Part shown: positions 34,101-46,100 of the stretch, piece after piece
Layout: the number at the start of each line of letters is the position of its first letter
Position numbering within the stretch: the first letter of the stretch is position 1
From: Phoronis australis
Taxonomy: Eukaryota; Animalia; Phoronida
Direction of reading: 5' to 3'
Assembly: GCA_002633005.1 (NCBI GenBank)
Contig: NMRA01000275.1
Coordinates: 472,893 to 536,892, forward strand
DNA length: 64,000 nt
Program-made: the position numbers and the translations under genes
The notes under the pieces: model-generated
Database searches by the model: none
Told to the model about the DNA's origin: nothing
What the model saw: the letters and a program-made list of their open reading frames with translations, nothing else

Positions 34101-37100
34101 ACTCAAATGTCTTTGTCTTCTCACTGGTAGCCGCATGTACTCTTACTGCCATGTATTCTGTGGTTAATGTTCAAGTTGTGCTCAGACATTCCAAGAGGAA
34201 ACTTGTCCTCTCTAGGACACTGTTTAAACGTACATTTTTGTTTTCTTGAGCATGTGTGCACTTGATATTCTGAGAAACCCACAAATCATAATTTACCTCT
34301 TTTGTTAATATAGAAAAACAGTTGCTAACTAAATTGGTGACCTTGGTCATTTAGCCATCTACACTGGGTAAAAACAAATGATACAGACATGTTAATTATG
34401 GTACCCCACATGCCAATCTTTATAGTTGTCATGTTTGTATGGCTAAGTCCACCCCCTGATTTGTACATTTGTTACTTTAAATGTCCTAACCATGATGAAA
34501 GTTATACCATTTGTCTTGTCAATTTCAGATATATTCGTTGCCGGCTACTACTTCAATACAGCCAGTGTTGTGTGGGGCACACTCACATTACTCTTCATCT
34601 TCGTTCCCATGGTGATTCTCCAGGTGTTCAGCCTCATATGGTTTCTCGCTGATGCCACCTACAAACGACCTTTTTTATATGTCATACATATCCTGTTACT
34701 GGGTCCATTACTCAGGTGGGTACATTAGGCTTTTAGTCCAGATGGCATTTCATTATAGTCCTGTTGTTCAGAAATATCTGTTAGCTCTTGAAGTTTTTTA
34801 CAAGTAAAGCAACTGATTGTTTACGTAACCAACATTAGTATGGAGAAGACAGATGTCTAGTATCTGAAACATGTTGTTTTAATACAGTACTTTTCAGCTT
34901 GTTAAACAGAAAGTAGTTTTGCCCGTGTTAGGAATGGATGTATTCAAGGGAGTGAATGAGAACCTGAATATATAGTGTGAACAGCGATGTCCTAAAGAAC
35001 GCTCATATAATTTCTGAAAATCATAGTTTTATTAATGCTGCTGGCATGTAGGAAAAGGAAGCTATTGCCAAAACCGTCCCTAATTCTTCACTCTGGAATG
35101 CTCATGCCATTCATATAAAGGTCATTAGTTCAAACTACATTAAAAGTACTCAGTGTTAGGTCACACACAATGTGTTGGTCATTTTGAGACTCTGCAAGGT
35201 ATCCAAACCAAATGGTTTGAATAGCCTTACTTGGTCCTGGGCAACCAGTCAATGGTTTGTACTTCTTGGTACCAGAAAGTGGTTCAGATCTAATTCTCTG
35301 CCTTTGATCTTATCAATAAACAGCACAGCATATCATTAAATTGGAGCTGCTTCATTTTTTGTCATCTCTGTTCTTATGTTTTAGATCAGGTCTGTAGTAT
35401 GACTTGTCACATAAAACTTGAGATGCCTATCCGATGAGCTTGTGGCTTAAAAATGATGATAATGACCGATAGTCGAGCTATTGTTGAGAGCACTCGGTTG
35501 GGTGTTGGCAAAAAAATTTCCAATTCATTCTGTTGATCCAGTAAATAGATTGCCCTATCATACTAGGCATCCACCATAATCTCCAAATATCTGACCAATG
35601 TACTCGTTGATGGACATTATCATTCGCCTAGATTAAGTATTTGATGTACAAGTTATTAATCATAACACTTTTGGAAACTCTGCTGGCAGATAGTGATGCA
35701 ATTTTTGCACCAATCAGTCAATCATTGACCCTCGGTAGGAGCCAGACAGCTGGGTATGTCGAGACAAGTATCATAGTTTTGAGAAGTGTTAGAGTTTGAT
35801 TACTTGTACTCTTGGCTAGGTTTCATACAACTTTAAAATTTATCAGTTGATTGTTTCATGATGTCTAGAACACATTGCTCAAGAATATCAGCATGATTGT
35901 AGCTGCATGCGAGTCAAACAACATGTTACACGGACGCTTTATTTCGCAACGCATTACAAATGACGTGTGTCTGTCCGTCCGTATGTGGAACTGGAAGACG
36001 CAAAATATTCAATAACAGTTCACGGACACATAATTCGCAAAGTAGAACGCATTTAAAGACAAATTGCAAGCAAAACGCCAAATGACAGTAATTAATATTA
36101 CCTTAATGATGTCTTGAGACTCGCGCAGTGACTAGAACACATCTGACGAGTATGATGCATGATAATACAATGTCATTGTTGCTATCCAGCGTATTACTTT
36201 TGCACAATTAGGACCAATTGATATGCATTATCCAAACTTCGGATTCTCTGCTACAAGATACCGGTGAAGTTTTGAAAAGAGCACAGGACTCAGTTACATT
36301 GCAACACCACAAGGAGGTGCTTTTACTGTTTTTTGGGAGTCAGTTTGCCTGTCTATATGAAAAAGTTTGTGGGAAATGGGTTAATAAGAACAATCCCTTG
36401 GATGTTACACATGATCCAAGATCATGCAGGCATAAAACAATGGAAATATGTCACTAAACACAGTTAATCCTTTTTGCATTTTCATCAGCGCCACCTGGCG
36501 AGTATCTAGTCACCCATTGTCGTGATAATTGCTGACAAATAAGAGGAACACCTTACTTCAACCATTTCCCATGTTGAATTGGAAACACTAGCAGTGAACA
36601 GGATGAGTTTTAATGGAAACTCGCCTCATCTTATTAACGTTCCCTCAGCAAATACTTCAGAGTTAGAAATGCCACTTCACCATTTGTGTGGTGGGACATA
36701 GAATGAGAAGTGAGGGTCTACAGCTTTGTTGACTATTCAAAACCAAGCTCTATTCACCTGCTCAACAAGTTGGTGAATAGTGCCCAGTGTATGCCAACCT
36801 TGTTTACATCAGCCCTGGGCCACAATTGATCACGGTCTCTCCATATCTTTTGATGATATTTTCTAAATCTCTGCCAAACAGAAATTAGATAACCTGACCC
36901 ATCCCAAGACTGGAATGCTACTTGGTTGAGGATGTTCTAGTAAAGTGTGGTTGAACACTACCTTCTGACTTTCGTCAATGTAACCGGTTACCTTTTGTGT
37001 TCAGTCACCTACCCTAAATAACAATGCAGGGGCATCACCAAATACCCTGAGTACTGAATAAATCCTGTCGACTGGAGAACACAACACTCTCACTAATATT

Positions 37101-40100
37101 GGTTGAAAATAATTGCAAAAAAATCAAATACATGGTTATAATTGCCCACATTGTAGCTACGATATAGGACTTCAGAAGTATAAGCCCTTCATTTGGTACG
37201 GCTTATCTTTTGTGCAAAAATTAGAAAATTTCTCTAGTTTGCCACGTTGGTGTTCTTGTTAAGTTTATGAAATTTTACTGGACGATATATCTTGAGAGGT
37301 GCATAAAAAGATACTGTACGATTTATTTGGAATGGGAAGAAGTTGTGATTTGATTATGGTCATAACTTCTAAGACAATAACAATAAAAATAATAATAATA
37401 ATATCACATCTATTTTTTCCGGAATGTGTGAAACCTTGGTGTTTACTCATTTTAAGTATGTTTTAATGCTGGAAACTCTGAAAGTGATTGACTCACTTAG
37501 GAAAATTTGACAAAATATCACATTTCTTCCTATTTAAGTTATAGTCATTGTGAGTGGTTTATTAAATTCTTTTTTCAATACTTATATAGACATTTAACAG
37601 GGTAATAAGGGTCATTAAAGGGTAGCCTTACAGTCACAGTATTTTCTGATAACGTACATGACAAAGGGAATCGGACAAGATACGGTTTCCCTGGCATGAC
37701 GCCCAAGAAATGTGAACAGTAAAAATGATTCGTTATGACTGTTATGGCTGCAAAATTCTTATTACAGTATGGTTTAGTCACCTGACTGACTAATTTCTCT
37801 TAGTTGTTGATCATTAGGGAAGGATTCGTTATCAATGAATTCGACTCTGCCCTACCATCATGACGGAATTCTGTGACATTTTGTCTGAATACTTTTGACG
37901 TCTCCTGTTTATATCAGTTCAAGACAAATTCTGGCATTTTCGCCAGCGGCATAAGACTCGCATTAAAATTCAAACTAAATGCCAAAATGACAAATAAATG
38001 GTATCAGTTGAACATTTGAAGGAAGAACAATTTTGTTTTAAAAGCCAAAGGGATAACCCATGAATGTGATAATCTGGCAAATGTCATTGAAGATAGATTT
38101 TTAACCTTACCAAAGGACATAATCTCTCATACTGTATTACAAACCTCAGAAATTTCATTGTTGGTTGCCAAATGAGCACTCATGACTTGCCAAACTGGTA
38201 ACTTGCCAGATTTTTTGTTAATGACCACTCTTAAGTTAAAAGCTCTTAGGGTATTGTGTATCAGCTGGTCCACTTAGCATGGTATTGAACAGTGTCATAC
38301 ATCAACCTCAAACTGTCTGGAACGCCTTCATTTCTAGTTTATTTTGGTCACCTGAGCTCCAGGGTATGTAGAAGTTATGTGGCTAGGTAATGATAATACT
38401 CCGACTGAGAAAAAGTTGTCTGACGGGGTAGTGATTACTACTGAGATTACGGTAAAATCTCACCAATTTTGAACAAAATCAATTGCCAAAAATGTCCTTT
38501 TTACTTGGTGAAATGAAAATTTTCCAAGTAAATATGTTGCTTTGTCAGCGATTTCAGTTTTGTTACTTGGCAAATTTTGCCAAGTATGTTGCCCTAACAT
38601 TAATTTTTCTTCTTTTTTGTTCACACTCTACGAGTGGTACCTAAACTGCACGGTCAAAGGACTCATAAACACGGGGCTCGGACGCATGAACATGACTCAC
38701 GGACCTGCAAACACCGTCCACTGACTCACAAACACGGGAACGGACTCACAAAACACGATCCACGCACCCAAATACACGGGACACGGACTCATATTCTTGA
38801 GGAAACACGGTTAACAGACCGCCAAACACGGGTCACGGACAAAATGGAGATGTCAGCTGACCCAGGAAGCCGATGAGTCCGTGACCCGTGTTTAACGGTC
38901 CGTTTACCGTGTTTCGTCAGGAATACGAGTCCGTGTCCTGTGTATTTGGGTGCATGGATCGTGTTTTGTGAGTCCGTTCCTGTGTTTGTGAGTCAGTGGA
39001 CGCTGTTTGCAGGTCCATGAGTCGTGTTCATGCGTCCGTGCCCCGTGTTTATGAGTCCGTTGACCGTGTAGTTTAGGTACCGTGACCACGAAGTACTCTG
39101 GACCAGCTCTAATGCAAAAGCAGCTTCAGACTCTGTAAAAGTTGTCTGGCTGGCCAGTGGTCTAGATTCAGACTATGTAGAAGTTGTCTGACTGAGGGAT
39201 GTTCAAGACTCAGACTATGTAAAGTTGTCTGGGGAATGATCTAGACAAGGGTGGATGGCCTGTTACATTGCATTTGCTGTCATTGACGTCACTGGAAAAA
39301 ATAAAGGAATGTAGTCGATGAGGTTTTGTGTAGTAACTAAGTGGGGGAAGCTATAGCTTTGTTTTACCGGTACTATCACAGTTTGAACTTGGCACAATGT
39401 AAGGATCAAAATGGCTGTTTCTTTACCAGTTATGCTTATAGGTTTCTAAACGAGAACAACAAAAATACTTATAACTGTTTGTTTTAAGTATGTATGAATC
39501 CTATGAAATGCTTTTAACATCATATAGTTTTTGTTCATTAGTTTCAAAAGTTAGAAACACAAAATATGCTCGTGACGTAACCCTGACTACTAGTGAATAT
39601 GGTTCATTTCATGTAACAGTCTTCCGGCCCACATTACAAATATATAATACATAGAAAGTACAAGATTTTTCAAACTTAAATCAATTCATATCAAGGAACT
39701 CATTTTGACGTTTCTTCGCATTAATTAAATATCTAGCAACTTTTCGCAGGACAGTGAAATCGTGAGTCTGTAAAAAATTTCTGAACACTCTCATCCACCT
39801 TATCGTATCTTGGTAAGAACAGCACTCGTAGATCAGAATATAAATTACATTCGAGAAGAAAGTGTAATTCTGTTTCCCTTTTCCCACTGCCACAGCAGGG
39901 ACGTATTCTCGCCTCGCTATCAAGTCCACTAAACCTTCCCTGAACAATCATTAAAGAATGCACTGAGCATCTGAATCTTGCGAGGGCTACTCTGTGAAAA
40001 CTATTTTCTAGACATATTATGTATTTTTCTACTGCAAAATAACATTTAATTATTTTATAAACATCTAACAATTGAGAAAATATATTGTCTTTCCAATTCT

Positions 40101-43100
40101 GAATGTCAATACCAAAGCATCGTCATTGAAATTTACTTATAAATGAGGCAGCATCGCCTACACCTTGTTGTATCCTAACAACTCCAAAACCATAAGCAAA
40201 TAACAATCCTTTAAAAGCCCAGCAACACTTACTTTGCTCAGCCATTTCATATTGCACATTATAGCACACACTAACATAACAATGGCTTGGCAAATAATCT
40301 TTAACCAGTTGACAATTCTCAATAATAGATGTACCTTCATTATTTCATAAAAGTTATATAGCATAGACTCTATCCTTAATTTTTAAGTTGGTTTTAAAAC
40401 TCACATTACTAAAATGAAAGATGCATTATGCTGATAAGTAAATTTAGCAGTCGGACTTGGGCATTAACCCGATGGTCTTGTAGAAGCAGCTCTGTAAATA
40501 AAACATCTGGTATTTGTATTTTCTTTCCTTAAACAAATCTAAATAGTTTTCAATTTTTTTTCTCTCTGGCATGAACTAAATATAGACTGAATTTCCTGAA
40601 ACATTGTCAGTGTGGCAGGACACATTTTTAATATATTGTGAACAATGAATAATGTGATACAACTTGCTGCTGAATACGGAAAGCCAAAGCGGAAAAAATT
40701 CCAGGACACAAATTTTCTATTCAAAAACTAAATTCTCTACAGGACCAGAAAAAAAATATACGCAAACCAAAATTTATCGCGTCAGAACCTATAATTTATC
40801 ACGTGAAGACCAAAATTTAACACACCAAGACACAAAATTTACCATGCCAGGACATAAAATTTCTTGCCTGGCGAAAATTTGTTGCCAAGAGAAAATTTCT
40901 TGCCAGGGAAAAATTTCATGCCAGGAGACCACGTGACAATGACGATCTGCTGTGTCTCTGTAATACTCCGCTGTATTCAAGTCTAGTGTGTCCAACTTTG
41001 GCTTCGGTTGTAAAACGTGGAAGAGACAACAGAAATTCATCCTCATTGTCACCATAATGTGACTGTTGTCGGTAAGACATTGTGCAATTGTCCTTACGTA
41101 ATAAGTTTTGTATCCTGGTGTGATAAATTTTTGGTCCTGACGGGCTAAATTTTGGTTTTGAGTATAATTCTTTGGTCCTGCAGAGAATTTGATTCTTGAA
41201 TAGAAAATTTGTGTCCTGGAATTTTTTCCACTTTGGCTTTCCTGATAGCTGACGCACTCTGTTATTATGTCATGAAAATGGTGATTCAAAACTTGATAAG
41301 GGCATTGTCTCATTTAATGCCTTGCTGCCTTATTGCATAAATACCTTTTTTATAAAGTAAGAAGATTTGTTCATTGAAGTAAGCAGTACAATTTGTTCAT
41401 TGAAGTAAGCAGTACAATTTGTTCATTGAAGTAAGCAGTACAATTTCATACATCTGCAAAGAAATCATCATGAAACTCATGACTACAATATTTTGAGACA
41501 CTACGTGATGTCAGTCAGGAACACAGTGCATTCTAATTTGTCAAATTTATCAAATTTTTTAGCCTGGATCAGTGGTCTAGTCGCTGATAAAAGACGACAG
41601 ATCTTGTCCACTGACCTACGATTACCCTTCTGGAATACTTAAAAATGTCTGTGATAACATTTTGACTGATAGTGCGCTTTTAATGGGTAACTATCAAAAT
41701 ATTTAATACATGCTTGTTTTATATGACTTTATTGAATGTGTATCGCTGATAGCAATAAATTGGTCGTGGTGTTCATTATAGTAGTGTAATGGTTGGATGG
41801 TTCTTTTTCAAGCTAAGCCACATGAAAATAGTTGCAGGACATAAAAAATTTCCTTTCAGTGTATTGGTAAAGACTTGAATGTTTTAACTATCCAAAGACA
41901 AAGCATGTTTTGTGAAGGCAATTTCAAGGGGTTTTAACAAATTCTAACTGGCTTAATCTCAAACCAAACTTAAATGACAGAAATGATTGTACATCAAAAC
42001 CCACAAAATAATTATCAAAACGGTCGATGACCTGTACCAAATTACCTGTACATAGTTTCAGTGAGTACTTTAATTTAGTGTTGTTCATTTCAAGGTCCTC
42101 AGGCCACGGTAATGTATGGCAATGTTTTCAAACGTTTTCCATAGAAATTATTTTCCACTGAAAGAAATGATTTAGGAAAATGTCATTGAACCGTAATGTA
42201 TAATAGTTCCATAGTTCAGAGAGGGTACATAGTTGTATCTAGAATTATCCTCTTCTGTGTAGGTAGAAAAATGCTTTGTATGATTGGCCTTGTTTTCAAA
42301 GATCGTGTCACTACCTGGCCTATTGTTTATGATTTCAGAATGACAACTCCCTGTGCAACACTAAAACTTAATTTGAAATAGAATTACAAATTACGGACTA
42401 CTTTTGTCGCAAAATAAAAATACTTATGTGATATGGATGACAGCACTTTAGGGAAGTGCTATCCAGAGTCATGGTTGCATTGTTGAATATGAGCTTTGAA
42501 TTGAATGGTATAGAGCTGGAACATCTCCTTGTTGTACAAAGGAGTTTTAAGTACAGTTAAAACAGAATCCTATCCACTTGAGTTGTTCCATGTGGTAAAC
42601 ATTTATTCCATGTTGTCAAGTGCTATTGATTTGTTAGGTCTTGAGTGACCAGTAAATCCAGATTGGTTGCATGGACTACTTAAAACTTCCCAATGGCACT
42701 GTGCATATGAAACAGTTTATACCTTACTTCAACATAGCTGGAGTTGGGTCTGTGAGTGTGGCATCTAGTTTTGCTTCTCAGTTAATTTACAGGTCTGATA
42801 AGTGAACAGCTAATTTCTGATTTACCAGTTTGCCCCAAGCTGAAAGTTATACACTGTCTACAAAAATGTCCACTGTAGAAGCCTTCACTACTGCACAATT
42901 GTTCCCTCTCTCTACGAATATTCGTTGCTGTATGGGATCTGTTTTTTGTGCCATTGTGCCTCGTTTTACATATAAATTCATTCATGATTCATTTTGGGGT
43001 GCACGAGTTCATTCAATTTCTCACCCTTATCTTCCAGATATCTGTTGGTTCTGAAAAATGCATTCAAAGCTTGGAAGACTCGCGGCCAAGAGGACATATC

Positions 43101-46100
43101 TCGGTTCTACCAGCAGCAGAATGACTTGTGTATCCTCCGACTGTTTGAGTCTTTCCTGGAGTCAGCACCTCAGGTTTTGTTACAACTGTACATTGTGTTG
43201 AGGACACAGGATGCCAGCTGGATGACATGTAAGTGGCAGACTCTTTTGAGAAGTCTCATTTTCAAAAAGTTCTCTATAATTGGCAAACATCTTTCTGCAA
43301 ATTGTCCTCTTATTTGCTGCCAATCACTGTGTGATTTTTGTTACTTATCTGTAACAACCATAATTTCATAAGTTAGATGATGTGGGTGTGTATGTGTGTG
43401 GGTGCGTGTGTGTGTGGGTGCGTGTGTGTGTGTGGGTGCTTGTTTGTATACATTATGTTTTGTCTCAAGCATACATTTTCTAAAAAAATCGTGTGATTTT
43501 TGTTTTCCTTATCTGTCTGTGTTTCAGTTCACTACCAAATGTACAAAAACTTCTTGTTTTCAGCCACATTTTCGGTCAATTATCGACTGATTTTTAACTT
43601 ATTGATTGTAATATTCACTATCTTTTTGTGTCTTCTATAAAACGATAAGTTCTACTGTTGGAAGTTCTTGTTATTTTAGTCACAGTGATGTACGATATCA
43701 GTTTTTGGTTGTAACATCAATGATTTTTCTATATACTGTATACATTGGTTATGAATCTGATCATGAAAAGTATCTGGTCAATTCTTTTGTATTAATGAAG
43801 TGAAAAAATATTGTGGCGAATTTGCGGAGGTTATAAGGTATAGCTGTGGAACGTAGAATTTGATATATGAGCAATTTCTGGTTTAATAATGCTCTGTTAT
43901 TTGATTTCATTGTAGCATGTTCCGCTGTCATTTCTCTACTGTCTCTGGCTTGGTCTGTGGCGGCGTACACCAATGCCATGCGGCTAGCCACCTACGACAA
44001 CTACAGCATGTCCTGTAAAGGACTAACGGTACTGTCACTATGGAGACTGTTCATGCTGACCTCAAGGATCATAACTCTAGTTATCTTCACTGCTGCTTTT
44101 CAAGGATGGATATTTCTTGTATTAGGTACGTGGAAAAGGGAAGAAATGAGAGTGTAGCAATGTAGCAATATGGCCGGTGAAATTCTGTTTGCCAATTTTT
44201 GCAGCAAATATAAAGATTAAGAAATTTTAGTCTATTGCTTCCATGGTTTGTAATCCGTAGACGTCATAAAACAACTTTTGGTAAACTTTCTGTTATTTGC
44301 AGTAAGGTAATGACAATTTTGTCAGCTATTTTTTACATGGAATAAGAGGGGGAAATAACAAACTGGATTTAAGGAATTAGTGGTATCCTTTATATGTCTG
44401 GGTTAACAACTGTAACTTGAGGATCAGGGGCTCAGCCAGGAGCACGTGGACACATGTGACAGGTTTGAGTTAAGGAGGACATTAATGTTAGTATTTAGTT
44501 GTAATGTCAAACAGAGCAATGGGTAATATGTAAAACGCACCTTAAAGGTTAAAGTTAAGATGAATTTTATAGTGGTTGAGTTACAGGCAAGTATATCACA
44601 TGTGTGTTTTGGGGGCTGAATTTTTTGGATCAATAAGTCGTCCGCACTTTAAGGGAATCGTTTGTCTCATTTGTTTGTATTGGATGAGTGTATTAAAGTG
44701 AAAGTTAATGCTGTTGGCATTTAGCTTGAGGTAGGCATTTACTCGGACAAATGTGGTACTAAGCAAGAAATTGGTTGTTAACTAGAAGTAGTGTTTGCTT
44801 ATTATAGTAACAAGTACCTTGTCCTGGTTGTAATGTCTGTTGTGTTGCAGTAACCAGTTGACATTTACAATATGAGTTAAGGAACATCGGCTGCTCTTGA
44901 TTGACTTTGCTGGTACTGTCAGGTCAACCAGAAATTATCTTCGAGAACCAGTCAGACCTCTTAGGCGATTGACCTGCCAGAACCAGTGAAGTCAACCAAG
45001 TGCAGCCATTGAATCACTAACAAAAATTGAACAAATTAAAGTCTTTTTCAGAACACGTATTCGTTGTCATATATCCAATACAGTTTTGGTCATGTAGTAG
45101 ATTTTGCCTGCATTACTATAAATTTGACTATGGTAGGGTTACATCAACACTTTACAGTTTGGATTGTTTCATTGTATCTGAAGCTGTGTTCAACAATGAT
45201 GATCTGAAGTTTGATAATGTGATGTCATTTATATGTTGTTCACAGTTTGAGTTTCATGCACTTGTGATCAGGAGTGTATTCAGGCACACCAATCTGATTC
45301 TATAATCATTGATAAATTTTATCGATATTTTAAGTAAAGAAACTATGAATCATACAATACTATTATCACAGGAATCCACTGGGCAGCCATGTTTGTTTGG
45401 ATCACCCTTCAAAAGACAGACTTTTGTGGCACATGGCTGACCGAGCGACTTTACAACGTCGTTGTTGCCGTTATCTACTGCTTCAGTTTCTTCAATGTGA
45501 GCGATGGACGCACAAGGTGGCGTGTCGTTGGATTCTATGCAGCCATGCTTGTTGAGAACACAGTACTGTTGGTAGCGTGGCTGGCTGCAGCCAATCCAGC
45601 ACCATGGAAGATGTGGTGCACAGTCGCTGGAGTCTACGGCTCATTCGTCCTAGGTGGGTCATAACTGAAGAATTAATTTTTTTTATTTTTTTTTATGGAG
45701 TGATTACGACAGTACAAGCTGCCACAACATCTTTTAGGACTATTCGCAATCTTGTGCATGAGTTTGGTCCAAGCATTTCATGACCAGATTTAATGCTTTC
45801 TGTTTCCAGATATAATGCTTTTAGTGCTTCCTGGCCTTCACTCCAATTATGCTGCATTAAACATTTTTTCGTAATAAACATATTTTAAAAAATCATTTTG
45901 TGAATGTGTCGTACAGTAGCCTATACTGACAACTGAAACAACATGGTTTTGTATAAAACTTCAGATGAGGCAGATTGGTCCTGTTTGAAATCTGCATAAT
46001 CTTGTATTTGTGTCTATGCAAAGCTTGGAACATTGGTTGACTGAGTTCTTGGAGTATTGATTTAAATGACCTTGGTGTGATTTGGAATATAACTTATTAC

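Noticed and set aside
19160-34528. Nested gene in the 15-kb XKR intron 1
   Set aside because: Only short ORFs without recognisable domains; no consistent exon chain found by eye
40664-41313. Overlapping 90-174 aa ORFs
   Set aside because: Translations of MITE inverted arms and subrepeats
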